A stretch of DNA of 63,282 nt, counting the filler, from Craspedostauros australis (taxonomy: Eukaryota), in the NCBI GenBank assembly GCA_030167865.1. It is 5 parts of 5 records of this genome, joined end to end, with 100 filler letters (N's around TTAATTAATTAA, not from the genome) between each part and the next. Parts side by side here need not be neighbours in the genome. Positions count along the whole stretch, not along the records: positions 24,656 to 46,805 come from JALAGF010006356.1; positions 46,906 to 49,102 come from JALAGF010006360.1; positions 49,203 to 60,437 come from JALAGF010006361.1; 2 more parts are not named here. The stretch is one strand, 5' to 3'. Both the position numbers and the translations under genes were made by a program. Shown here in pieces: positions 41,795 through 53,358 of this stretch. A model generated the notes under the pieces. The model was not told the origin of the DNA, did no database searches, and saw only the letters and a program-made list of their open reading frames with translations. The number at the start of each line of letters is the position of its first letter. Position 1 is the stretch's first letter.

Positions 41795-42615
41795 CTTGTC
41801 TTGCCTTCTTCTTCTCTGTCACTCTCTACCCGTACGTGTGGCTCTCTGGACTCTTGGATCCAATTGCCCCAGAACAGTCGCAATCAATTCCCTTCAGCTC
41901 ACTCTCTTGGATCGTGGACTTCGTCGACTTGAAGACCTCAATGCTCATCAATACTAAGGAGCCGATCTGGCCTCTTTGATCAACCAGCAGCGTAGTGTAC
42001 TATTGTGTGGAGACTTGGAGCGTCGCAACCATCAACGTGTCTTGCAATGGAGTTGGCACAAGGCTCATTGAGCATTGGAGACAAGTGCTCGCATGTCGCC
42101 ATCGATGGTTGCTCAAAGACGCCAGGACCGTGGAAGGAACCGTCCAGCTTGGCTTCAGATCGTGTCGCTGCAGAACGCAAAAGATACCTCCTCTCTGTTC
42201 TTCGATTCATTCGATCAAATCCTTGACGTCAAGGCGTCTGTCTGACGTACGATGCCATCTTGGTCTTGTTGGAAAATTTGGATCACGTTTTGTGGACGCA
42301 AACACGTTCGCAAAGTCACGAAAGTGTCAACACGCACACATTCAGCAACAACAAGGGCAAGTTGAAGTGCCAATCAGAGCGGCATCCGTCATCACCGACA
42401 TGATTTTGAAGTGTGTGGCAGCGGTGGTCTGTTGCTCTTCAACTCAATCACCTCAACCGACAGGTCATCTTGCATCTTGCATCATCATCTCTACTCTTCC
42501 ACCAAGCTCGTCCGGATACGCTCCTCCATCTCCAGCAAGTCACCCAGACTAGGTCGCATCACCGCCACTCACACACAAGCACTCACACCGGCACTCCATT
42601 GAAAGGCAGGCAATC

Positions 42616-43509
42616 ATGTTCGCGAAGATGATGGAGAAGTTCGTGGGAGCCACAGGCTTCCTTGCGGCGCTGGATCAATCGGGCGGCAGCACGCCGCGTG
42701 CGCTGGAGCTGTACGGCGTGCCTCCCTCCGCGTACTCCGTTGGCGATGCCTCCATGTTCGATGCGGTCCACGAGATGAGGAAACGCATCGTGACGAGCCC
42801 GTCGTTCGATGGCGATCGCATCCTGGGGGCCATCCTGTTCGAGGACACCATGAACCGCACCATCGTCGATGACCAAAAGACCGCCGAATACCTGTGGAAG
42901 ACGAAGCAGATCATCCCCTTCCTCAAAGTCGATCGCGGTCTCGAGGCGCAGCAGGACGGCGTGCAGATCATGAAGCCGATCCCGGACCTGGACCTGCTGC
43001 TGCAGCAGGCCAAGGATTGCGGCGTGTTCGGCACCAAAATGAGATCCGTCATTCACTGCCCCAATGAGGTGGGCATCCAGGCGGTGGTGCAGCAGCAGTT
43101 CGACGTGGCCAAGCGCATACTGAACAGCGGATTGGTCCCCATCGTGGAGCCGGAGGTCAGCATCAAGAGCGACGACAAGGAGGCCTGCGAGCGCCTCCTC
43201 AAGGACCAGCTCCTGCAGCATCTCGATCAGCTCGGCGACGACCAGAACATTGTCCTCAAGCTCTCGTTGCCGTGCGTCGATAACTTCTATCAGGAATGCA
43301 TTCGCCATGCGCGTTGCCTGCGCGTCGTCGCCCTGTCCGGTGGCTACTCGCAGCAGGAGTCCATCGATCGGCTGGCGCGTCAGAATGGCATGATCGCCAG
43401 CTTTTCGCGCTCGCTTACGGAGGGGTTGAAGTACGAGATGTCCGACGAGGAGTTCAACGATATGCTGCGCGAATCGATCTCCACCATCCTGGCCGCCTCC
43501 ACGACATGA
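42616..43509 (+). CDS. FBA: Class I fructose-bisphosphate aldolase, short bacterial type, no presequence seen
   Basis: 297 aa; GFLAALDQSGGSTPRAL, GAILFEDTM, PFLKVDRGL, GTKMRSVI, PIVEPEV, LKLSLP (Schiff-base Lys), VVALSGGYS, IASFSRSL. Confidence 0.92.
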   Translation: MFAKMMEKFVGATGFLAALDQSGGSTPRALELYGVPPSAYSVGDASMFDAVHEMRKRIVTSPSFDGDRILGAILFEDTMNRTIVDDQKTAEYLWKTKQIIPFLKVDRGLEAQQDGVQIMKPIPDLDLLLQQAKDCGVFGTKMRSVIHCPNEVGIQAVVQQQFDVAKRILNSGLVPIVEPEVSIKSDDKEACERLLKDQLLQHLDQLGDDQNIVLKLSLPCVDNFYQECIRHARCLRVVALSGGYSQQESIDRLARQNGMIASFSRSLTEGLKYEMSDEEFNDMLRESISTILAASTT

Positions 43510-45309
43510 TGGGGGCATCGCGACCGCCATTTGTAGTTGCGTCGTGTGCAAAGGCGAAGTGAGACAATGAGTGAGGCTGGTCCGCACTACTCGTCCACAC
43601 TCTGTCTCGCAATACGAGAACCAACACTCGTATGCACGGCAACCGCAAGAACCTGAGTCTTGGCACAGCATCGTCAATGCCCGGCTAAGATGCGGCGGTG
43701 CAGTCCGAGAGCGACAAGTCGAGGCGGACTTATATCACCGAGCGAGCATGATGCAGATGACTTGAGCTGTGTCGGGGTGGAGTGGGAGAATGCCAATACG
43801 AAATGTGACATCGAAGAAGAGCAACAGCAATGACGTGACAAGGACAACGCCGGCATCCGGAGATGAGCATTGGCAGCGCGGGAGTTTGGATTTTGATGAT
43901 TTTCTAGGCATGAATATGGATGTGGACGCGGATGTGGATGGAAAAAGGAATGGAGAAGGGATGATTAACTGCACCAACAGGAAAGATTCGATGCAATTGC
44001 AAGTGGTCGTCTTGATACTGGTACAAGCGACAACAGAAAGACGAATGGATGAGTGGACGAGTGAATGGATGAACGGATCATCCACTCTTGGTGTAATTTT
44101 GGACTCGCACTGATGGGCAACTCCTTCTGTTGCTATCCTTTGGGGTGCTTGACAAAAGACCCGAGAGGAGTCCAAGGGAACAGGATAGTTGTTGTCCTAC
44201 GACATCCAGTGACACAAGGGAAAGACACTAACGTGCTCTCTAGAGAGAGAGAGAGTAATGCGTGCAAGCACGTTGATGAAAGAATATGCACATTACGTAA
44301 ACCGTACCTGCCATACATAGCACCATCTATTCGAACATCATCTCCTCCGCAAGACGATTCAAGCGACTCGTCCCAGGATTGCGATGAGCAATATGGAGAT
44401 ACAGTACTGGTAACACTTGAGCCTGATGCACTCTACTCGGATTCAAGATCTGCGATTGTCTTCAGCCCGTTCCCTCTCTGCCCAATCTGCTCACTCTACC
44501 ATACGTACAATCCTTCCCATCCAATCATGATCACCTTTCTAAGTGGATCACGTGTGCTTGGCCTGCAGATCATGTACATGTCGAGACCTTGCGGGAGGTC
44601 TTGGGCGAAACCTTGCACGTGATATTTCATCTCTCTCTCCCTTCTTGTCTGTGTTGGTGGCCTTCACACCCATGCCTGTGATGTATCCGTCAGGGAGGTT
44701 GCTTCATGCATTCTCCATTCATTCTTCATTCTCTGTTCATCATTCAGGCTCATTTCGCCGCCTTGGAAGAACATTCCAACAAGAGCGAATGTGGATGGAG
44801 AAGAGATGAGAATGACATGTTCGAGACCGTCCCAAGCCTCTCAGACATGATCCTTGGTGCTGCGCTTGCGATTGTGATCGCGATTGTGGCTGTGCTTGAC
44901 AGGGGGATTGGGATGGTACATTCTGCGATGGACCGCCGATCTTCGCGGCGCCCTTCTCTGCCATCGTAGCTGTTGGTGATGTGCCGAGGGTGTCCTTCAG
45001 AATGGACTGGATGATCTTGTGGTCTTCCAGTACCCCCGTTGTGGCCGTTGCAATGGCGCAACTGACGACTTGTGTTGACAGCGCCTCGTGGGCATATGGT
45101 GATATGCCAAGGAAGGCATCGCCTCCCTTCTGGCTCTTTCCTCCTCCAATCGTACTCCAATCGTACACCTCATCATACTGGAGGAGTACGCGTGAGTCAG
45201 CGAGTGAGTGAATGAGTGAATGAGAGAAGAAGGAAGGACGGGAGGAAGGAAGGAAGGAAGGCGGCACTCTGCATCCAAGAATACGTCATCATACTCGTAT
45301 CAAAGACCA

Positions 45310-46647
45310 TCATGGATGAGCCCTGATTCCCTTACCACCATGGCCTTTCTCATCAACCTCATCAACCTCAACCGCCGCCCTTCCAACTTCTACCTTCTGC
45401 GTGATGTGTTTGTTCTGCAAAGCGTTGCGATCGAATGAAGTCAGATTGTTGTTGATGCCCACCATCTGACGCTTCACATTCAAAGCATCCATGCTGAGGT
45501 ATTCCGTCTTCCAATTCAATCGCAGGAAGTCAAACACACCACTCATCACCACATCCGGATTGCTGTACAGCTCCGTCGCGTTCACGATCAGGATCCTCCC
45601 GGATGATCCATGACGGTCCATCGCACGCTTCAAGCTCACCCTCGCTCGTTCGACCGCTACCCTGGCACGCCTCCGCTTCTTCTTCGGCGACATGTCCTTG
45701 AAGAAGTCGTTCGTGTCCATGTGCTTCACGATGGACCGGATCTGATCCAGGGCGTTCTTGCGCGTCACGATGACGGGAACACCGGGTGTCATGCTCATCA
45801 CCTCGTCCAGCATGCGAATGTACCGCGGTGTCTTGTCCACGATCCAGCTGGTCTGCTGCGAAGGATGCGGCGACTGGCCGAAGAAGGTGGAGTGCTGACG
45901 GATGCGCTGATACATCTGCGCTGGACATGAGGCGGACAGCAGGATCTCATCCCTGATTTCCGGCGTGAGGCCGAAGTGTGTGGTGCGTCCCATCCAGTCG
46001 TAGAATGGCACGGAGGTGTTGAATTCTGCGGGTGTTGGCATGGTGAGCAGTCCGCACTCCAAGCCACCGAATAGGTTGGGTGGCGATGTGAGGAACTGCA
46101 CCATGATGGTGGTCCCCGAGTGTTCCATCCCTGTGACGATGCAGAAGAGACCGCTGGCGGCTGTGAAGTTGTGCTTTGCCAGTTCGCACACGTCCTCGTC
46201 CGCGATCTGTGGAGGTGGGGGCAGAGACAGATCTGCATGGGAGTTGATTGGATCTGATTGTGATTGCGATTGTGACTGCGATTGCAACTGCGACTGTTGA
46301 TCGCCAGTGAATTGGGCAGATTGAGTGGTCATGAAGGTGGCGTAACTGGCGTAACTGGCCTGGCTGACCTGATGGAGCTGAGGGAAGATCCATCCGAAGA
46401 GCAGCATGAGGGACTGGATGAGGAAGAGGAGACTCCACAGCCTGTGATTGATGTGAGGACATCTTATGCATGCTGTGAATGATGTGAATGCTGTGAATGC
46501 TGTAGTTGAGGCATTGTCAGTGCCCATGTCAGTGTTCATGTCAGTGTTGATGTCTGCCTTGGAGTTGCCCCTTGCTTCAACTTCAACTTGAACATTGTTG
46601 GTGTCTACCGTCCCATGATTCGCAGATGGCAATCGCCTTGCGAACAT
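45310..46647 (-). CDS. Sulfotransferase-family type II membrane protein (start uncertain)
   Basis: TM anchor LWSLLFLIQSLMLLFGWIF and Q/S-rich stem. PAPS-loop-like IVTGMEHSGTT, WIVDKTPRY, and ELYSNPDVVMSGVFDFLRLNW resembling the YEDL..P....I..FLGL motif. Confidence 0.7.
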   Translation of the reverse strand: MFARRLPSANHGTVDTNNVQVEVEARGNSKADINTDMNTDMGTDNASTTAFTAFTSFTACIRCPHINHRLWSLLFLIQSLMLLFGWIFPQLHQVSQASYASYATFMTTQSAQFTGDQQSQLQSQSQSQSQSDPINSHADLSLPPPPQIADEDVCELAKHNFTAASGLFCIVTGMEHSGTTIMVQFLTSPPNLFGGLECGLLTMPTPAEFNTSVPFYDWMGRTTHFGLTPEIRDEILLSASCPAQMYQRIRQHSTFFGQSPHPSQQTSWIVDKTPRYIRMLDEVMSMTPGVPVIVTRKNALDQIRSIVKHMDTNDFFKDMSPKKKRRRARVAVERARVSLKRAMDRHGSSGRILIVNATELYSNPDVVMSGVFDFLRLNWKTEYLSMDALNVKRQMVGINNNLTSFDRNALQNKHITQKVEVGRAAVEVDEVDEKGHGGKGIRAHP

Positions 46648-46805
46648 CTGATGCCAACAGAGCTGGGCCTGCGTCTCGACTTGATTCACTCAATGCATGA
46701 ACGTGGGCAGAGGCATGGAGACAAACAGAGATGAACGGAGTTGTTTTCAGATTGAAGATGAGCGAGATGAGCGAGATGGCCATGATGCTGATGGTCATGG
46801 TGGTG

Positions 46806-46905
46806 NNNNNNNNNNNNNNNNNNNNNNNNNNNNNNNNNNNNNNNNNNNNTTAATTAATTAANNNNNNNNNNNNNNNNNNNNNNNNNNNNNNNNNNNNNNN
46901 NNNNN
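46806..46905. other. Artificial scaffold linker
   Basis: 44 N + TTAATTAATTAA + 44 N. Confidence 0.95.
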
Positions 46906-49102
46906 AGCCGACTGCAGGAAGAAAAAGTTCAACGAAAAGAGAAAGCAGGAAGAGCAAGGAAGCACGGCGCAAGACGGCAACGATGACAGATTCGAGATGG
47001 TGATGACCATGCTCGACACGCCCACACAAACTCACACCGCCTATGCCGTCGATGATTCATTCTTTGATACCTTTCAACACTTCCCAGGAACGGACGAGGT
47101 CCACGACGACGTGAGCATCCCAGCGTGGCTCAACGACGGACCGATCATCCACGAGGTGACGCTCAACAACNAGCCTCGTTTTGATCTCGATTTCGATTAC
47201 TGCCTCAACACGCACGANNTGCCGAGCAACNGCAACCNAGAAGAAGATCCNNAGGAGGANATCGATATCCTCGCCATGGAGGAAGCCGGGGAGCCCCCGA
47301 TTGAGCAAGACATGCTCCTGGACGACAATCTCTTCGAAGAAGCGTCAGCCGCTGGCTCCGCCGAAGAAGAGATCGCTCAAGATGACGGAGATGACGACAG
47401 CGATGCAACTCGTCCACTATACGTCCGGNNNNNNNNNNNNNNNNNNNNNNNNNNNNNNNNNNNNNNNNNNNNNNNNNNAGGAGGCTACAACAACAGAGGC
47501 AACAGAAGAGATCAGCGCGGCAATCAAGGCAACCGCGGCAACAGAGGAAGAGGTCGTGGCAGTGGCTTCAGTGGGAAGTGCCATTACTGTGGCATCCCAG
47601 GACACCGAGAAGCCGACTGCAGGAAGAAAAAGTTCAACGAAAAGAGAAAGCAGGAAGAGCAAGGAAGCACGGCGCAAGACGGCAACGATGACAGNTTCGA
47701 GATGGTGATGACCATGCTCGACACNCCCACACAAACTCACACNGCCTANGCCGTCGATGATTCATTCTTTGATACCTTNCAACACTTCCCAGGAACGGAC
47801 GANGTCCACGACGACGTGAGCATCCCAGCNTGGCTCAACGACGGACCGATCATCCACGAGGTGACGCTCAACAACGAGCCTCGTTTTGATCTCGATTTCG
47901 ATTACTGCCTCAACACGCACGATCTGCCGAGCAACGGCAACCGAGAAGAAGATCCCAAGGAGGACATCGATATCCTCGCCATGGAGGAAGCCGGGGAGCC
48001 CCCGATTGAGCAAGACATGCTCCTGGACGACAATCTCTTCGAAGAAGCGTCAGCNNNNNNNNNNNNNNNNNNNNNNNNNGCTCAAGATGACGGAGATGAC
48101 GACAGCGATGCAACTCGTCCACTATACGTCCGGAACAGATTCCGTCCTCCCAGACCAGAAGGTCAACGAGTCATGAACCACCACGAGGACGTGATCTTCC
48201 CAACCAGCCTACGCTTCGGGCCCACGGACTTCTTCAACCAACGAGGGGCACACGGCAGGCATGACACTGCGCCGTACCCAACATTCACGGCCGAGATCAG
48301 GCAACGCGAAATCATCAGCAACGCCATCTTCTGCGGGGCCCGCAACCTGTTCCCTGACAATCGACGCATCCAGATGGCATTCGTCGGACGAGTGTCGGCA
48401 ATGTTCATCATGGCAGAGCTTCTGTCAATCGAGGAGATCCTGGCAAACAGCATGATTCTCAACAGNATCCTCGAGCGTCACGGCCAACCACCACTGAGCA
48501 TCATGGAGNGGCACTTCATCCTCGGAGGATGCATGGCGGCACTNCTTCACCACCGACCACAGGAAAGGCGACCTGAGCCACCGCGACAGGCAAGACCGGA
48601 GCCGCCACAGCAAGCAGAACCAATGCGCCCTCCAATCGATTGGAACGATTCCAGCACGGGTGAGTCATCCTACCACGACGACTCCTCCGACGACGACGAG
48701 TTGGCAATCATGGTCGTGGATCGCACGCGCTTCCGTGCATCCGACCACCACACCGACACACCAAATGAACACACATGGCTCGCCGACAGTGGAGCCTCAT
48801 GCCACATTGTGAATTCGGATAAGGGGATGTTCAACATCCGCCACATCCAGTCCTTTGTGAAGGTCGGCGACAACACNCAACTCAACTCACCNAAGATGGG
48901 NTCCATCTATCTCCGAGTGAANCAACGCGACAACACACAGCGCACCATCAGACTGAACGACGTCAAGTTCGCACCCAAGATGTGGGTGAACCTGTTCTCA
49001 ACGAACAAGGCGCTGGAAAATGGATACCAGATCGGAAACAACGGTATCATCATGGACATCGCAAACGGCAACGGGAACAAGATCGTGTTCGATCGAGTGT
49101 TC
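46906..49102 (+). mobile_element. Ty1/copia LTR retrotransposon fragment: gag zinc knuckle + aspartic protease
   Basis: RG-rich segment then CHYCGIPGHREADC (CX2CX4HX4C). Protease WLADSGASCHI...VKVGDN...LNDVKFAPKMWVNLFS...LENGY. Internal duplicate 46906-47428 matches 47611-48133. Fills the whole small scaffold; no LTR seen. Confidence 0.9.
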
Positions 49103-49202
49103 NNNNNNNNNNNNNNNNNNNNNNNNNNNNNNNNNNNNNNNNNNNNTTAATTAATTAANNNNNNNNNNNNNNNNNNNNNNNNNNNNNNNNNNNNNNNNNN
49201 NN
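49103..49202. other. Artificial scaffold linker
   Basis: 44 N + TTAATTAATTAA + 44 N. Confidence 0.95.
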
Positions 49203-49734
49203 GGGTATGATGGTGCTGTCATACACTGTCTAGTGTACGAACATACCTATCGTTCAATGATAAGAATCTAATCAGTGGATTGCTAGAGTAGGCACAAGGT
49301 GGGCACCTGCGGCATAGACACAGAATGCTACCTGGACACCATCGCCGCCGACACCAAGCAGCATGCCGAATGGAATGAGATTCTTGAATGATCGATCCCA
49401 AATGCTCTGCTCCAAGTACAACGCAATCTCCATGATGCTGGTAACATTGTCTGGTACAAATGGACTGACTCCAAGGCAAAAGTGCTGACTTCTGCCCATG
49501 AGCTAATCAGTGACTTGTGCCATTCCCTTTCACAGTTGTGTGTAGCAATTTGTGGCTGCACGTACCAGCGTTTGCTCCACCCATCTGCACCATGTCCTGC
49601 GATGGTACCAATGCTTGGACTATGGTTCGTCGCCAAGTGTGTCGATACGGTATCCTTGGGATGATCACAGCTCGCTCCATCCATCCATTCATCAATCTAT
49701 CCAATACGTATGGTACTGGTATCAGTAGCATGGC

Positions 49735-52262
49735 ATGTCGTGTCGTGTCGTATCGGAAAGTCACGAATGTATTGTGGAGTGTGCGCGATTTGTCGCTCGG
49801 CTTGTGAATCGGGATGCGCAGTTCTCTTGCAAATGGACACCAGTTCTCGGCGCGGAGCAGTGGCTCACATTTTGCTCTCACGCGAACACAAGTCAATCGT
49901 GACGAGAGGACGAGCACGCGCCATCAATTCGAAAATGTTTGTGCTTGCGAGGAAATCGGAACAAGCTCTCAGCCTCATCCACACTACCTCATCCGTTAGT
50001 ATGGCACTATTGTTTCATTGCTCAGAACATCCCATCTATCTGCCCCGACGCTTTCCGTACAGATGATCACCACCAGCTTCTCGTCTATCACTCATCCAAC
50101 AACCGCTGGGGGAGACAGCATATCGCATCCGCCTGTGCAACAGCGTTCACCAATCATCAACCGCCAGTGCCATTCATGGTTGGCGCTGGCTGTTGCTTGC
50201 TCTGTGACTATCCAGACTGCCANNNNNNNNNNNNNNNNNNNNNNNNNNNNNNNNNNNNNNNNNNNNNNNNNNTAGCATGTCGTGTCGTGTCGTGTCGTAT
50301 CGGAAAGTCACGAATGTAGTTTGGAGTGTGCGCGATTTGTCGCTCGACTTGTGAATCGGGATGCGCAGTTCTCTTGCAAATGGACACCAGTTTCCGGCGT
50401 GAAGCAGTGGCTCACATTTTGCTCTCACGCGAACACAAGTCAATCGCGGCGAGAGGACGAGCATACGCCATCAATTCGAATATGTTTGTGCTTGCGAGGA
50501 AATCGGAACAAGCTCTCAGCCTCATCCACACTACCTCATCCATTAGTATGGCACTATTGTTTCATTGCTCAGAACATCCCACCCATCTGCCCTGACGCTT
50601 TCCGTACAGATGATCACCACCAGCTTCTCGTCTATCGCTNATCCAACAACCGCTGGGGGAGACAACAAATCGCATCCGCCTGTGGAACAGCGTTCACCAA
50701 TCATCAACCGCCGGTGCCATTCATGGTTGGCGCCGGCTGTTGCTTGCTCTGTGACTATCCAGACTGCCACGAACGGCCCCAGCAGACAACAGAGAATAAC
50801 GACGATCAGCGAGAGCGAGTGATGTTACCAAATCCATGGGCGCAAAAAAAAACGCATGATGGTATCGATGTCTTCGCCTGGAGCAAAATTGTCGTCGTAT
50901 TGCCGCAGCGCCAAGAAGAATTGTTATTCTATGCATCGCTGCTGTCAAATCAATACAATTACCCTAAACTCAATCCACAATATGGCGTCCAGATGGTCAG
51001 CACATCGTTGTTCTTCGTCTTTGATCCACAACAACTCTGGAGACGATAANNNNNNNNNNNNNNNNNNNNNNNNNNNNNNNNNNNNNNNNNNNNNNNNNNN
51101 NNNNNNNNNNNNNNNNNNNNNNNNNNNNNNNNNNNNNNNNNNNNNNNNNNNNNNNNNNNNNNNNNNNNNNNNNNNNNNNNNNTTGACGGTGGAATGTTGA
51201 TTCTGCGGAAGTCAACCGATCCATCACAAGATCTAACCTGATCAGCCTCCGATGTGCAAATAATACAAACGTGGGCATGTATTCTACGATAAAACAGATG
51301 TATTATATGCGATACTGCTGTACTCCCCTTCTTGTGTTCAGTGCGGTACATCATTCTGTTCTCGCAGAGCCACTCCGCAGTTTTGTGGCGCACCAGAACC
51401 GATTCTTCTGGGAATGTGTATCAACAGGCACAAAGCAGTCCAGAATTCGCGAGCGCAGTATCTGATTGGTTTTGTTCCACGCATGTTTCTACCAAAACAC
51501 CACATCTCACGTCTGTCTGTCCACCGACATCTGAAAAAGTACGGAGCGATTCTTTGGGTGCGACATCGAAAAGAACCAGGAAAAGGAATGAAACGTGATC
51601 AAGAAAAGAGCAAAATGAACTCACAAACTTCCACAACAACAACAACGAAACACCGAAATCCTGAGAGGCGCAACGCGCGGCGACTCGGCGACTCAGCAAC
51701 TCGAGAAGAGCACAGCAGCGTACATCAGGAATGTGCCTAGTTGCCACCGGTCGACTTTGATTCGCAGGATGGGAACGTTATCCTCCTGCACCTATCTTGT
51801 CACAGAGTCTCGTGCCCCTTGTATGAAATGAGAGGCCACACGTGGAACGCCCAAGATCATGGTGCGACGAACCCGGCAGTGATCACAGTTCCCGCGCTCA
51901 CGAAGTACTACCAGCATCAGCAAAGGCAAAAGTAGCATCCCACTATACCTGGTGGAATATGCTGATAGCTCTGCACCTTCATCCCATCCTAATGTCGTAT
52001 GGTACAGCGCAGTGCGCGTACGTTCCATCGCATTCTGATGCAGTTTTGCTCCTCCACGCCTGTTCCAAGTCCACCGCGAGAAACTGCGTGCAATCAATTG
52101 GGGCCAAAAACAGTCGAAGTGTTGATCCGTTCGCACGACTGTAGACACGTCTGAGTTCAGCTTCGAGTGCCTTGCTGTGAGTCCGTCTGAGAGAGGAAAA
52201 AAGAACATTTTCGCCGCTCGCCGACGTCCAACTTGAAGACAATGACGAGTCGCATCCATGTC
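49735..52262. repeat. Dispersed repeat, copy B, with tandem partial copy (49735-50222 vs about 50275-50770)
   Basis: 50500-52262 is homologous to 1-1762; the partial copies are separated by an N gap. Confidence 0.9.
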
Positions 52263-53358
52263 CGATCGAAAGCTAAAAACCTAAAGCACGGGCTACTGCG
52301 GGGAATTTCTCAACTCAAGCCCTCATAACTTATAAAATATAAAGTGTAACAATTCTAGGAAAGTCAATCCGTCACTTCCTCATATAGAGGAACATCGTAT
52401 TGAATTTATAGGGAAATCTGAGAGGACTTCCCGAGAAAGGTGTACTATTTTCACATACCGGGGTCATAATCAATCAGTTTCCCTTCGATTCTATGCCTTT
52501 CCCCGCAAATAGAGTTTGCAAGAACAACAGAGAGAAGCAGGAAGAGGGCAAGATGTCATCAACAACAACATCGCCGCACGCACATCACCACACACACATC
52601 GCCATCATGCTCGGGTCAACTCCGATTCTCCCTCTTGACCATCGTGATCATCATGGCTGCGGTGGTTGCACCATGAATCATCGATGAACGAGAGGACCAA
52701 TACCTGTGGATACTTCGAAGACCGCAAAGATCCCTCCGCCAAGGGGAAACGGTGATTTGAGAACCCGCGACATTCCTGAAGATGCCGAACAAAGCCGATC
52801 CCTCTTGTCGAATGCCTGCGCAGTATCAAAAACGATCGTGCCAAGGTGCTCCCATGAACATATAATGCGATCTATCATACATATACAGATACATCATGCA
52901 CATGTGCATCATGCTTCACATGCATCAGGAGCATCTTGTGTCTTGGATTGTGAATGGTGCATGGTGCGTTGTTCCTTGCTGATCCTTGGTCGACTACCGT
53001 AACATACTCGTACAACTACGAGTGCGAGAGATTGCAGCACCCACTCTCTACTTGCAAGAGGGTGCCACTCTCTGCATTGACAATGAATCCTCATTCATCT
53101 TGTGGCATCTCCATCGTGTGAGATTCTCAAGTGTCTTCGTATCTGCCACTCCTCATCTCACAAATCAGCAACAGCAACAACTAAAAAGCAAGCAACTCAG
53201 CAACTAGCAAAGCAAAGCAACGGATATCATCATCGATAACACCACCACCAGCAACATGAACAAAAGCAATACCAACAACAACAGCAGCAACAACATGATC
53301 GGCCAAGAACGATTCAAGAGCGACAAGCGTCAGCTCGGCGGACTCCTCATGCTCCACC

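Noticed and set aside
5751..46647. Sulfur-metabolism cluster (desulfurase-like fusion, serine acetyltransferase, sulfotransferase)
   Set aside because: The fusion gene is on a different scaffold, and the other two are separated by unrelated genes and probably differ in compartment.
46906..48133. Biological tandem duplication inside copia gag
   Set aside because: The copies are near-identical, separated by an N gap and full of ambiguous bases, consistent with a collapsed-repeat assembly artefact.
1..52262. Two repeat copies as LTRs or direct repeats of a 50-kb giant element
   Set aside because: The copies lie on separate scaffolds and the intervening genes are ordinary housekeeping genes.
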